Notes: generated by a model from the letters alone, not told the origin. A stretch of DNA of 64,000 bases from Desulfatiglandales bacterium (GCA_963667015.2 CAXXJJ010000001.1:1056001-1120000); one strand, 5' to 3'; counted from the first letter of the stretch, positions 39,810 to 49,872 are shown. Program-made: numbers and translations.

Positions 39810-42256
39810 CATATAACATTTTCATGGCGGGCGATCAGGTCGTTCTGGCAGTCCCGCGTAAGCTCCACAAAATATGCCGAGTAACCTGCTATACGAACAA
39901 CCAGATTGCGGTAGTCGTCCGGGTTTTCCTGGGCCTTGTGAAGGACCTCGGTGGAAACAACGTTGAACTGGGCCTCGGCACCGCCGTTATTCATGTAGGC
40001 CTTAACCATGTCGCGTACCTTGGTAATGCCGTCCTCACGGCTGAGTGAGGTGGGGTGAAGGCGAATGTTGAGGCACACGCCGTCCATGAATTTTGTATGG
40101 TCATAACACAGTGAAGAGGTAAACACGGCAGTAGGGCCGTTTGTGTCACGGCTCTGAACAGGAGAGGCCGCATCGGCGATAGGTGCCCCGGTTTTTCTTC
40201 CGTCCGGGGTTGCCCAGGTTGTGTAACCCTGGCCTACATGGTCTGCAGCGCCGTACAGTCCTGCTTTAAAGGTCCGGGTACGCGTGGAGTAACACTCTTT
40301 ACAATTTTCGTAATAGGTATTGATCACCCAGGTCATCTGCTCATCCGCATAGGGGTCGGCGTTTCCGAAATGGGGCACCTCATTGATTATCCGCTGTCGC
40401 AGATCCTCATAGCCTTCCCAGTCGGCCATAACCGCATCATAAAGCTCTCGCGCAGTGCACAGTTTCTTGTCAAATACCATATATCTGATAGCGGTCAGGG
40501 AGTCAGCCACTGTGGCAAGACCGGTTGCGGTTCCGCCATAGGAGTTGTATTTGGCGCCGCCCCCGGTACAGTCTATGCCGGATTCCATGCACCCGTCAAT
40601 GGAGATGGACAGCATGGGATGAGGGGTGTGGTACTGGACCAGGTATTCCAGGTAGTTGTTCAGGCTGACCTGGGCCTTGAGATAATAGTTAGCCAGCCTG
40701 CGCCATGCCTCCTTAACCTCGTCAAAGGATTTCATATCATACAGATAGCCGGTGTGGATTGAACTCTGCTCGCCGTTAAAGGGATTTTTGCCGTCGTTGA
40801 TTGCCATACCCATAAGCACACTATAGTGGATGGAGGCGTGGGGAGGCGCGACGCCGTTGGCCGAGGAATAGTCGTTGCCGGAGCCTGTAATCTCCTGGCA
40901 GCCGATAATGGCGTAATCCCTGGCATCTTCAAGAGTAAATCCCAGTTCCTTCATTATCCCCGGAATAATAATGTCGTCATTCTGGAACAGGGGAAGTCCA
41001 CCCACCTTTGTTGAGGTTTCCAGTGCCAGTGCCCACAGGTCGTCCGGGGTATTTTTATTGACACGCAAAGAGATAGTGGGATCATGCAGGCTTAAACGCG
41101 AGAGGCTCTCAAGCACCATATAGGTGACGGGGTTGCTGGCGTCTTCGCCGGTTTCTGGATCCACACCGCCTATGGTGGTGTGGAGGTATGTGTTTCCTAT
41201 ACCGATTATCTGAACCAGTTCGCCATAACCGCCGCCATACATGGAATTAATCTTCATAAAGAAACAGTCCACAATCTCCTGTGCCTCATCCTCAGTCAGG
41301 CGGCCTTCTTTAAGATCCTTTTTCAGGAAGGGCCATGTGTACTGATCAAAGCGGCCGAAGGAGCCTACATCGCCGATAAAGCTCAGACGCAAAATGTACT
41401 GATAGGTAATAGCCGCCTGGCAGGCCTCGCGGAAGGTGCGGCAGGGGTTCGCGGAAATCCAGGCAAGACTGTCCGCCATGGACTCCAGTTCGGCCTTACG
41501 TTTCCCGTCAGCGCAGGAAGCGGCCTTTTCAAGGCATTTCTCACTGTAGCGTTTAAGCAAAGTTGTAGCTGCATCACAGGAAATAACAGCGGCTGTATAG
41601 AACATACATTTGTTAGCATCCTCGCCCATCAGGTTGTTCACATGGGAATCGAGCCAGTCCTGCGCCTCTTTACGAATAGCGCCGTATCCCCTGTTGATTA
41701 TTTTACTAAAGCCCGGAGTCAGGTGCCCCGACGGCATCATCAACAGCGGCATACCCTCCCTGGTGGCGGAGACCTGCATGCGGCAAAGCTCTTTATAACC
41801 CTCAGGCTGCCATGCTGCCGCAATATCGTCATAGGTCCGGCTTTTCCAGTATTCGCTGATGGACACCAGATTTTCATAATCCTCCGGAGCTATAGACATA
41901 CGCAGCTCCTCTTCGTCAGGATTGTGATACAGGCCGTCTTCTCTGAGGGTCCAGATACCGGCGTCTATTACGTAGGGAATCCATCCGGCGTTGCCCCAGT
42001 CAGGTGCATATCCGGTACCGCAAAAGTTTTTGCTGCTGTTGCCCACAATCATCTCAAAGTCCTCTACGCGGACAGTCATTTGTTCGCAGATGGCCTTCAG
42101 CACCGTGGGACGCCTTAAAAAGGGAATGAGATTTTCGTTTTCCTGAAAGCAGCGGGTAGTGATCATGGCAGTCTCGGAGTCGCTCCGGATCACACGATCG
42201 CGTATTAGCTGATGCATGAGCTGCATGCGTTCGGTTATTGGCTTGAACTGATACAT
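39809..42256 (-). CDS. glycyl radical enzyme (single-Cys, non-PFL type), function unknown
   Basis: SFGRFDQY, Cys loop YAIIGCQE, ATPDGR, Gly loop YRNLVVRIAGYSAYF; SD AGGGAGG. Confidence 0.92.
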   Translation of the reverse strand: MYQFKPITERMQLMHQLIRDRVIRSDSETAMITTRCFQENENLIPFLRRPTVLKAICEQMTVRVEDFEMIVGNSSKNFCGTGYAPDWGNAGWIPYVIDAGIWTLREDGLYHNPDEEELRMSIAPEDYENLVSISEYWKSRTYDDIAAAWQPEGYKELCRMQVSATREGMPLLMMPSGHLTPGFSKIINRGYGAIRKEAQDWLDSHVNNLMGEDANKCMFYTAAVISCDAATTLLKRYSEKCLEKAASCADGKRKAELESMADSLAWISANPCRTFREACQAAITYQYILRLSFIGDVGSFGRFDQYTWPFLKKDLKEGRLTEDEAQEIVDCFFMKINSMYGGGYGELVQIIGIGNTYLHTTIGGVDPETGEDASNPVTYMVLESLSRLSLHDPTISLRVNKNTPDDLWALALETSTKVGGLPLFQNDDIIIPGIMKELGFTLEDARDYAIIGCQEITGSGNDYSSANGVAPPHASIHYSVLMGMAINDGKNPFNGEQSSIHTGYLYDMKSFDEVKEAWRRLANYYLKAQVSLNNYLEYLVQYHTPHPMLSISIDGCMESGIDCTGGGAKYNSYGGTATGLATVADSLTAIRYMVFDKKLCTARELYDAVMADWEGYEDLRQRIINEVPHFGNADPYADEQMTWVINTYYENCKECYSTRTRTFKAGLYGAADHVGQGYTTWATPDGRKTGAPIADAASPVQSRDTNGPTAVFTSSLCYDHTKFMDGVCLNIRLHPTSLSREDGITKVRDMVKAYMNNGGAEAQFNVVSTEVLHKAQENPDDYRNLVVRIAGYSAYFVELTRDCQNDLIARHENVI

Positions 42257-42559
42257 TTCAGTATTTCCTCCCTTTTTAGTGCTTCGAATTTACCTTTTAG
42301 GGATTTGTATATTTAATTAAATATTTTTAAATCCTTATACCTGAATGATTTAATTTTCCCTTAAAAATAAAGTGTTACATGGCGTATGTCAATAATAGAT
42401 TAAAAACAGGTTGAGGTCAGTTTATTATAGATAATCTCCAATTATACAGGAATACCCCTGTGACAGGAAACGCATATAATTTACTTGAACTTAGGTATAT
42501 TATCCTATAATTGAAATCTTTAGCTGCTTGACTGTTAATTTACATTCGGGAGAATTGTA

Positions 42560-43798
42560 ATGAGAAAATTTTATTATTTTATGATTGTATTTGCCGGTAT
42601 TATGATTTTATCAGGATGTTCTCAATCTGAACGGGACTACAGGGCTGAAGCCATGAAAATTCATGAAGAGATATTTACAATCGATACTCATATTGATACG
42701 CCAATGCTCATGGTGAATGAGGGATGGAGCATTGCTGAAGATCACTCCCTGGAGGATGGTTCCAGAAGTTGTGTTGATCTTCCGCGTATGAAAAAAGGCG
42801 GTCTTGATGCAGCTTTCTTTGCGGTTTTCGTTGCTCAACAGGAGCGAACACCGGAAAACTATAGACACGCACAGGAAGAAGCGGCAAACATGGTAAATGC
42901 ACTGAATATCATGTGTGAAAAAAATCCCTCGGTTATCCGGTTTGCATATACCCCGGAACAGGCATTTTCAAATAAACAGGATAAATATTTAACCGCCTTT
43001 ATGGGCCTTGAAAACGGCTTTCCTGTTGCCATGGATATTTCAAATATAAAAAAATACTATGACATGGGCATCCGGTATATCACCCTTTGTCATACAAAAA
43101 ATAACGATATCTGTGATTCTTCCAATGATAAGACGGAACACGGCGGATTGAGTGAATTCGGAAAAAAGGTCGTAAAAAAGATGAATGAACTGGGTATGAT
43201 TATCGATGTTTCACATATTTCAGATAAATCTTTTTTTGATGTGATTGAATTGAGCACCGCTCCGGTTGTAGCCAGCCATTCCAGTGTCCGTGCTGTTTGT
43301 GATCATCCCCGCAACATGACCGATGAAATGCTTCTCAAGCTGAAGGAAAAAGGCGGCGTTGTTCAGATGTGTATTCTTGATGATTACGTAAAAACTCCGC
43401 CGGAAAACAAAGAACGGGATGAGGAATATGCCTCACTGGAAAAGAAATACGGCAAATGGAGTGAAATAAAAGACAGGGCAATCATCGAAAAATATATGGC
43501 CGACTGGTCGGCAATCAAGGCCGGATATCCAGGGGACATGGCAACTGTAAAGGACTTCGTGGATCATATTGATCATGCAGTCAATCTGATCGGTATAGAC
43601 TTCGTGGGTATTGGTACTGACTTTGACGGAGGAGGCGGTCTGAGGGACTGCCGGGATGCCTCGGAATTGCCTAATATTACAGCTGAACTGCTGCGGCGCG
43701 GCTACAGTAAAGATGACCTGCGTAAGATATGGGGTGGAAATTTTATGAGAGTTTTTAAACAGATCATCGCACAGGGACTGGGAGGAGAAGATCTGTAG
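42560..43798 (+). CDS. membrane dipeptidase (peptidase M19) lipoprotein
   Basis: Lipobox LSGC; DTHID, VDLPRM, GLENG, YITLCH, DVSH, ASHS, GIGTDFDGG, WGGNFMRV. Confidence 0.92.
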   Translation: MRKFYYFMIVFAGIMILSGCSQSERDYRAEAMKIHEEIFTIDTHIDTPMLMVNEGWSIAEDHSLEDGSRSCVDLPRMKKGGLDAAFFAVFVAQQERTPENYRHAQEEAANMVNALNIMCEKNPSVIRFAYTPEQAFSNKQDKYLTAFMGLENGFPVAMDISNIKKYYDMGIRYITLCHTKNNDICDSSNDKTEHGGLSEFGKKVVKKMNELGMIIDVSHISDKSFFDVIELSTAPVVASHSSVRAVCDHPRNMTDEMLLKLKEKGGVVQMCILDDYVKTPPENKERDEEYASLEKKYGKWSEIKDRAIIEKYMADWSAIKAGYPGDMATVKDFVDHIDHAVNLIGIDFVGIGTDFDGGGGLRDCRDASELPNITAELLRRGYSKDDLRKIWGGNFMRVFKQIIAQGLGGEDL

Positions 43799-44029
43799 AA
43801 TATATTGAGGAATACAGGATTTGCCCCATTCCCATTGTATTAGCTGAGTGTATAATATCAGATTTACCGTATCAAGATTTTATTTGTAACCATACTTTTA
43901 AATATTCGTTTATATCTGTGGTGGAGCTTATTCAGATTATAACAGGCGTAATTATTTAATCTGGCAGAGGTTTTTAGGAGCAATTGCTACAGATTTTCTT
44001 GATTTAAGGTATTTAAAGGAGGGATTAAA

Positions 44030-45265
44030 ATGAGCAAGTTAATGGCAGGTGCAAGATTATTACTTTTATCCTGTATTGCGGTTGCAGGGTTATTGTCAAT
44101 CGTAGCCAGTGGTGGCGGAGGAGATGACAGTACTGCAAACATTTCTATAGACACAGGAACCCTGTCCATAGAACTGACTGATGCCTCGACCGACGAGTAC
44201 AAGGCTGTATATGTAACAATAAAAGAGGTCCAGGTCCATCATGCGGACGGCGAATGGGAAACAATCGGCTATCCGGGTGATGATGAAGAGACCGGCAAGA
44301 CATACAATCTGCTTGAACTTGTTAACGGCGTTGCGGAACAGCTGGTATCAGAAGAGCTGGAACCGGGCAACTTCACGCAGATGCGGCTGATCCTGAGTGA
44401 TGTATCTGATGGCGGAACCAATATCCTTGATAATGTCCATCCTTATGCAAATTATATTATTGACAGTGAAGACAGCGAAGAGGAGCTGAAAGTCCCGAGC
44501 GGGTTTGAGAGCGGTATCAAACTGGTTCACCCTTTTACCATCAGTAATGGAGGGACAACCGAACTGGTTCTGGATTTTGATGCTCAGAGATCAGTTCACA
44601 GGGCAGGTAATAAATATATCCTTAAGCCAACCATAAAGGTTATTGATACAACGGTGTCTTCTGCCACTGTCAGCGGATCGGTCACAAGTGTATCCGGAGA
44701 TGAAACCGTTGCCATGGAAGGCGTCACTGTAAGCGTCCAGTATTATAATGAGGATGATAAACTGATAATTCAGTCTTCAACCATTACAGATGAAGAAGGT
44801 AATTACAGGATGATTTTACCTGAAGATATTCCTTACCATATTGTAGCCTATACAGACGGTTATGCCCCTTCATGTATCGCGGATGTTGTTTTAGGGGCAG
44901 GTGATAATCTTACAGATCAGGATTTCATACTGGCTGCTGCTGATACAGGCACTGTTTCAGGGACTGTTTATATTGATAATGGCGCTGAGGACGACAGCGC
45001 TGTTTTGAGTTTCAGACAGGATTGCAGCGGGGCAGTTATTGAAGTAAAGGCCGTTAATGTCGGGTATGATGCAGAAGCGGAAAATGGAACCTTCAGCGGT
45101 GTAATACTCTCCGTTGGTACCTATGCTGGTATTGCCTCAAGCGATATTGCAGATCCTGAAGAAGCTGAAAGAGATGATCAGGAAATCACCGTTGTTGATA
45201 GCGCTGATATTGTAGTGACAGCTGGAGCGGATACAGTACTGGATGATATTACATTTACTGATTAG
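44030..45265 (+). CDS. DUF4382-domain acidic surface protein with carboxypeptidase-regulatory-like beta domains
   Basis: GTLSIELTDA, YNLLELVNG, QMRLIL, LKVPSG..SGIKL, LVLDFDAQRSV…YILKPTI. Confidence 0.8.
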   Translation: MSKLMAGARLLLLSCIAVAGLLSIVASGGGGDDSTANISIDTGTLSIELTDASTDEYKAVYVTIKEVQVHHADGEWETIGYPGDDEETGKTYNLLELVNGVAEQLVSEELEPGNFTQMRLILSDVSDGGTNILDNVHPYANYIIDSEDSEEELKVPSGFESGIKLVHPFTISNGGTTELVLDFDAQRSVHRAGNKYILKPTIKVIDTTVSSATVSGSVTSVSGDETVAMEGVTVSVQYYNEDDKLIIQSSTITDEEGNYRMILPEDIPYHIVAYTDGYAPSCIADVVLGAGDNLTDQDFILAAADTGTVSGTVYIDNGAEDDSAVLSFRQDCSGAVIEVKAVNVGYDAEAENGTFSGVILSVGTYAGIASSDIADPEEAERDDQEITVVDSADIVVTAGADTVLDDITFTD

Positions 45266-45390
45266 TGACCAGCTCTTTTGCGATTTAGTTTTGATAAATT
45301 TTCGGTCTATGTTAAAGTTATTTCGCTTTAAACACTTAAATAGCGTTGGTTGATAATAAAGAATAATATTCATGAAAGGGATAAAAAAAG

Positions 45391-46041
45391 ATGAAAAAAA
45401 CGGTTATTGTATTTTTACTGTGTGTTGCGCTTGCCTGGATAGTATCAGGATGTGCAATGGAAACCAGACAGCAGAAAGGGACCGGATCAGGCGCTGCCAT
45501 TGGAGCAGGTGTTGGAGCTTTACTGGGGCAGGTAATTGGCGGTGATACCGAATCAACTCTTCTCGGGGCAGGTATTGGAGCTGTTCTGGGAGGCATAGCA
45601 GGAAATCAGATCGGAGCCTATATGGACAGGCAGGAAGCCGAACTGCAGCAGGCAATCGCAAGTTCTGAGGCGGCTTCAATAAGGCGGGATCAGGATGTCC
45701 TGACCGCTACATTTAAATCAGGTGTTATGTTTGATTATGATTCTGCTAACTTAAAACCCGGCGGTCAGAGCGAGATTGCAAGGGTGGCGACAGTATTAAA
45801 CAAATATCCTCAGACAATGCTGAGGGTTGAGGGGCATACTGACACCAAAGGATCGGAAGAATACAATCAGAAGCTATCCGAAAGACGGGCAGAGTCGGTT
45901 AAAAATGCCCTGATCCAGCAGGGAGTAAATTCACAGAGAATCACCACTGTTGGTTTTGGAGAGTCTCAGCCAATATCATCCGACGATGCAACAAATCGAA
46001 GGGTAAATATTGTAATTACACCCATTGTAGCCCAGGGCTAG
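45391..46041 (+). CDS. OmpA-family lipoprotein with glycine zipper (YiaD-like)
   Basis: Lipobox VSGC; GAAIGAGVGA zipper; YMDRQE; VEGHTD…YNQKLSERRA…NRRV. Confidence 0.92.
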   Translation: MKKTVIVFLLCVALAWIVSGCAMETRQQKGTGSGAAIGAGVGALLGQVIGGDTESTLLGAGIGAVLGGIAGNQIGAYMDRQEAELQQAIASSEAASIRRDQDVLTATFKSGVMFDYDSANLKPGGQSEIARVATVLNKYPQTMLRVEGHTDTKGSEEYNQKLSERRAESVKNALIQQGVNSQRITTVGFGESQPISSDDATNRRVNIVITPIVAQG

Positions 46042-46100
46042 CAATAGAGCTTATTAAAAATCCGGTGTCTGTTTAATGGATTTTACCAGGTTTTTTTTCG

Positions 46101-46135
46101 AATGCCCTGCATCTCGTGCAGGGCATTTTGTTTTT
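46101..46135 (+). terminator. rho-independent terminator
   Basis: aatgccctgca-tctcg-tgcagggcatt followed by T-rich sequence. Confidence 0.8.
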
Positions 46136-46185
46136 CCTTTCAAATCTCAGACAGATCCTCATGATAATTCTGATCAGAATTTCGT

Positions 46186-46214
46186 TTGACATACAACAGG
46201 TGATTATCTATAGT
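46186..46214 (+). promoter_or_regulatory. sigma70-type promoter for the kinase gene
   Basis: TTGACA-17 nt-TATAGT. Confidence 0.6.
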
Positions 46215-46318
46215 CCGGCCTTTGATAAAATATACTGTTAAATCAATGGGTAATGTTAGTCGCCTGGTTTTCTGTCAGGTTTTAATAAATAAATTATGAA
46301 AGATTCCTGTATATAATT

Positions 46319-47605
46319 ATGTCCGGAGATGTCGTATACATAGACGCTAGAAAGCCTGAAAATAAGACGGCGCGGCGCCTTGTCACTGGCGAGCAGTTTG
46401 AAGAGGGCGGAATGTCAGTGCTCATGGAGGCAATAGATACAAACCTGCTGCGAAGGATTGCCATGAAAGTCATGCGGGATGACAAAGTAAAGGATGAGTA
46501 TGAACTGAGCCGTATGGTAGTGGAGGCACAGGTTACCGCTCAGCTAGACCATCCTAATATCATCCCCATATACGAACTCGGACTGGATAAGAAGAAACGC
46601 CTGTTTTTTACCATGAAGAAGGTCAGGGGTAAGGCACTCTATCAGCTTATCAATGAAAAAGATCTTGCCTCTAGGACCGACAAGGAAATCCTGAGTCTTG
46701 TACAGATCATGCTCAAGGTCTGTGATGCGGTTTCCTATGCGCACAGTAAAGGTGTTATCCACAGAGACCTTAAACCCGATAATGTCATGGTTGGCAATTT
46801 CGGTCAGGTATACCTGATGGACTGGGGCATTGCCCGTCTCAAAGGCAACAGAGTTTCAGCTATTGCGGACATGAATCTGCCTGAAATAAAAAAACGTAAA
46901 CAATACAGCATACGTGAAGAGGCCCAGGGCAATATCTTTGGAACCCCATGCTATATGTCACCGGAACAGGCCCGGGGTGACCTTGAGGATGTTGATGAGC
47001 GCAGTGATATTTTTTCTCTCGGGGCAATCCTTTATGAGATTCTCACAGGTATGCACCCTATACCAGGAGAATCGCTGCGTGATATGGTCATCAATGCAAG
47101 GATATGTGATATCCAGTCTCCTGACGAAAGAGTTGATTTCCCGCTTCCCCTCGGGCTGATCAGGATTACCATGAAGGCCATGAGCAGGGAGCCTGCAGAC
47201 AGATATCAAACGGTTGAGGATCTTAAAAATGATCTTGAGGATTTTCTGGAAGGGAGTGAGCGGTTTCCCGGAAGAACCTATAAACCAGGTGCCTTGATTG
47301 TTCGCGAGGGTGATACGGGAAATGAGGCATATATCATCAGATCCGGAGAATGCCGGGCATTTAAGACCATAAATGATGAGAAGGTTGAACTCCGTATAAT
47401 GGGCGTTGGGGATGTCTTCGGGGAAACAGCCATATTAACAGATAAACCCAGGTCTGCAAGTGTCGAGGCAGTTGACAATGTAACAGTTGCGGTAATCAAG
47501 AGCCAGTATTTTGAAGAAGAACTGCAGGCGGGCTCGTGGCTGGGGCCATTTATACGCACACTGGCCGAACGCTTCAGAGAGGCAGATCATAAGGCAAACA
47601 GTTAA
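46319..47605 (+). CDS. Hanks-type Ser/Thr protein kinase fused to a C-terminal cNMP-binding domain
   Basis: IAMK, HPNIIPIY, HRDLKPDN, DWG, GTPCYMSPEQ, SDIFSLG; CNB domain IVREGD…FGETAILTDKPRSASV. Confidence 0.92.
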   Translation: MSGDVVYIDARKPENKTARRLVTGEQFEEGGMSVLMEAIDTNLLRRIAMKVMRDDKVKDEYELSRMVVEAQVTAQLDHPNIIPIYELGLDKKKRLFFTMKKVRGKALYQLINEKDLASRTDKEILSLVQIMLKVCDAVSYAHSKGVIHRDLKPDNVMVGNFGQVYLMDWGIARLKGNRVSAIADMNLPEIKKRKQYSIREEAQGNIFGTPCYMSPEQARGDLEDVDERSDIFSLGAILYEILTGMHPIPGESLRDMVINARICDIQSPDERVDFPLPLGLIRITMKAMSREPADRYQTVEDLKNDLEDFLEGSERFPGRTYKPGALIVREGDTGNEAYIIRSGECRAFKTINDEKVELRIMGVGDVFGETAILTDKPRSASVEAVDNVTVAVIKSQYFEEELQAGSWLGPFIRTLAERFREADHKANS

Positions 47606-47615
47606 TTTGATATTG

Positions 47616-49529
47616 CTATTTATTATTCCTGAATCCCATAAAGCTTCTTCCCTCTTCAGGTATGCCTGCCTTTTTAAGCAGATCCTTATGGAAACGGGTT
47701 ATTGCCTCATCTTCCTGAGGCCCAGGGGAATATGTCCGGAGTGAAAAGAACGGAGCAATCCTGCGGATTTCCTCGGCGTGAAATCGGGCTTGCTCCATTT
47801 GATTTTCGTAGGTATAGATCAGGGCCAGGTATAGATGTGCAAGAAAATTGTTCTGATTCGGCGGGGCCAGTGCATTCCTGAGGTATCCTTTTGCTTTTTC
47901 CAGATTTGAGAATCCTTTTTCTGTTGGATGAGAACAGGCAATAGCCAAATAGACAAAATGCTGGCTTTCCGGACGCGGATCAATCTTTAATCCGGCCTCA
48001 TATTTCTCTACAGCCTCATCGTATTTTTTTTGACGGAAAAGGGTAAAAGCAGCGCCAAAATAGGCATTTTTTGAGCCGGGTGAAACCGCAATCCATTCTT
48101 TATAAAAACCTAGCGCAGCTTCAAGATCGTTTTGAGAAATCTTGATCTGTCCTTTAATGCCCAGGCTTGCCCCTTTATCTATATTTTCAACTTCAGATGC
48201 TGCATCCTGAGCATCCTGGAGATATTTTTCAGATTCGCTGTCCTTATAACTGCTGAGTGCGATTAGTATGGAACCCTTCATGTAGTAAACCCATGGATCA
48301 GGTTCAATGCTGATTAGTTTATCCGCCAGCTCAAGCGCTGCTTTAAGTCTCTCCATTCTTCGGTGATCAAATGGTCCTGTTTTGTAGTAACGGTATAGCA
48401 GATAAAATGTTTCTGTATATTCTATATTATCCCTTTTGACCGGAAGGAAATCCTGGGGCTGATTCATATCAATCAATCTAGTACGAATCTCTCTGAATAT
48501 GCGCCACATTATATCAATGGGACTATCATTGATTTCGCGATCATAGGCTTCGGTCCAGATGTTGTATCCCTGTGCAGCTTCAACCAGTCGTGCAGTTATT
48601 CTGACTCTGTTATTATCCCACTTGACTGCACCTTCCAGTGTATAACGTATACCTGTATTCTCTGTTTTTTCGGATTCAGATGCAGATTCACGCGTTATGA
48701 CCCTCAAATCAGGATGTTTTGATAAACCCATTATTATTTCGTCTGTCAAACTTTTACTGAAATTACCCAGCTTTTTATCATCGCTAAGGTTGTCAAAGGG
48801 TAAAACAGTGATCGAGATTATATTCGGCAGTGTAAAGGCCATCCTGTCCAATGATGTCAGCTCCATTTCCCATGACCTGTGATTGAAGAAAATCCAGGTT
48901 ATGGATCCCGCGGCAGAAAGGAAAAGAACAATAATTGCAGCCATGGCTATTCTGCGGTGGATACTGCCCGGCAACCTTTTTTTGCCTGTTAATTTTACTG
49001 CATTCTCTGCTCCTGTAAGTAAACGATATACACGTACAGGATCGCTTATATTTTTTAGATTATGTTTTCCCAGGTATTCATAACTGAGTTTTGTTTTTAC
49101 CTGGTCATATGCACTTCCTGAAATGCAAATGCCTCCCGGTTCTGCGAGGCCTTCGATTCGTGCAGCTATGTTGACGCCGTCACCATATATCCGTCCGTCT
49201 TCGTCCACAACATCGCCCAGGTTGATACCGATGCGGAAATCCATCCGGCTTTTTTCCGATAAGCGGGAGTTTTTTATCTGCAGTTTATTCTGAATATCTA
49301 CCGCACAATCAACTGCATTGATAACGCTGCCGAATTCGGCAAGAATGTTATCTCCCGGGGCATCAACTACACGGCCGTCATATTCCTGTACCAGCCCGCC
49401 TATAAGCTTTTTATTTTCCTCAAGGCATTGAATGGTGAATTCTTCATCTTCTGCTATAAGCCGGCTGTAGCCCACAACATCTGCGCTGAGGATGCCGCTG
49501 AGTTTGCGTTTAGTGCGTTCTTGATTCAT
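47616..49529 (-). CDS. class III nucleotide cyclase - TM - TolB-N-like - TPR protein
   Basis: ILSADVVGYSRL, DAPGD, FRIGINLGD, YGDGVNIAARIE; TM segment; SITVLPFDNLS…VRITARLV; TPRs. Confidence 0.88.
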   Translation of the reverse strand: MNQERTKRKLSGILSADVVGYSRLIAEDEEFTIQCLEENKKLIGGLVQEYDGRVVDAPGDNILAEFGSVINAVDCAVDIQNKLQIKNSRLSEKSRMDFRIGINLGDVVDEDGRIYGDGVNIAARIEGLAEPGGICISGSAYDQVKTKLSYEYLGKHNLKNISDPVRVYRLLTGAENAVKLTGKKRLPGSIHRRIAMAAIIVLFLSAAGSITWIFFNHRSWEMELTSLDRMAFTLPNIISITVLPFDNLSDDKKLGNFSKSLTDEIIMGLSKHPDLRVITRESASESEKTENTGIRYTLEGAVKWDNNRVRITARLVEAAQGYNIWTEAYDREINDSPIDIMWRIFREIRTRLIDMNQPQDFLPVKRDNIEYTETFYLLYRYYKTGPFDHRRMERLKAALELADKLISIEPDPWVYYMKGSILIALSSYKDSESEKYLQDAQDAASEVENIDKGASLGIKGQIKISQNDLEAALGFYKEWIAVSPGSKNAYFGAAFTLFRQKKYDEAVEKYEAGLKIDPRPESQHFVYLAIACSHPTEKGFSNLEKAKGYLRNALAPPNQNNFLAHLYLALIYTYENQMEQARFHAEEIRRIAPFFSLRTYSPGPQEDEAITRFHKDLLKKAGIPEEGRSFMGFRNNK

Positions 49530-49872
49530 GTATCCTCTTTCTTGACTGATCAGGCTATTTGTTTCGGATGAATGTAATGAATACTTACTGGTGTATCGTT
49601 TGTAGAAGCTTTATTTTTTCAGGATGATAGCTAATAAAGCGCGGTATGTCAAAATGTGTTTAAGGCTTATAAAAACTGGCAGATTCAGATTCTGATGCGC
49701 AGGTTTTTAAAAATCTCTCCCGGAGTTTATATCAATGGTTTCAGACAGGGTATAACCTTAAACTTTGGTATGTTTTGCCATTCTTAGGTTAATGTGACCA
49801 CATCAAAGTGATGTTTGAAGGATTGCTTTTATCCTGAGCCAGTATAACATGTTGATATTATAGTGTATTTAA

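Noticed and set aside
41180..42118. 312-aa ORF antisense to the glycyl radical enzyme (also 40238-40762)
   Set aside because: Shadow ORFs from GC-richer codon usage; no motifs or SD.
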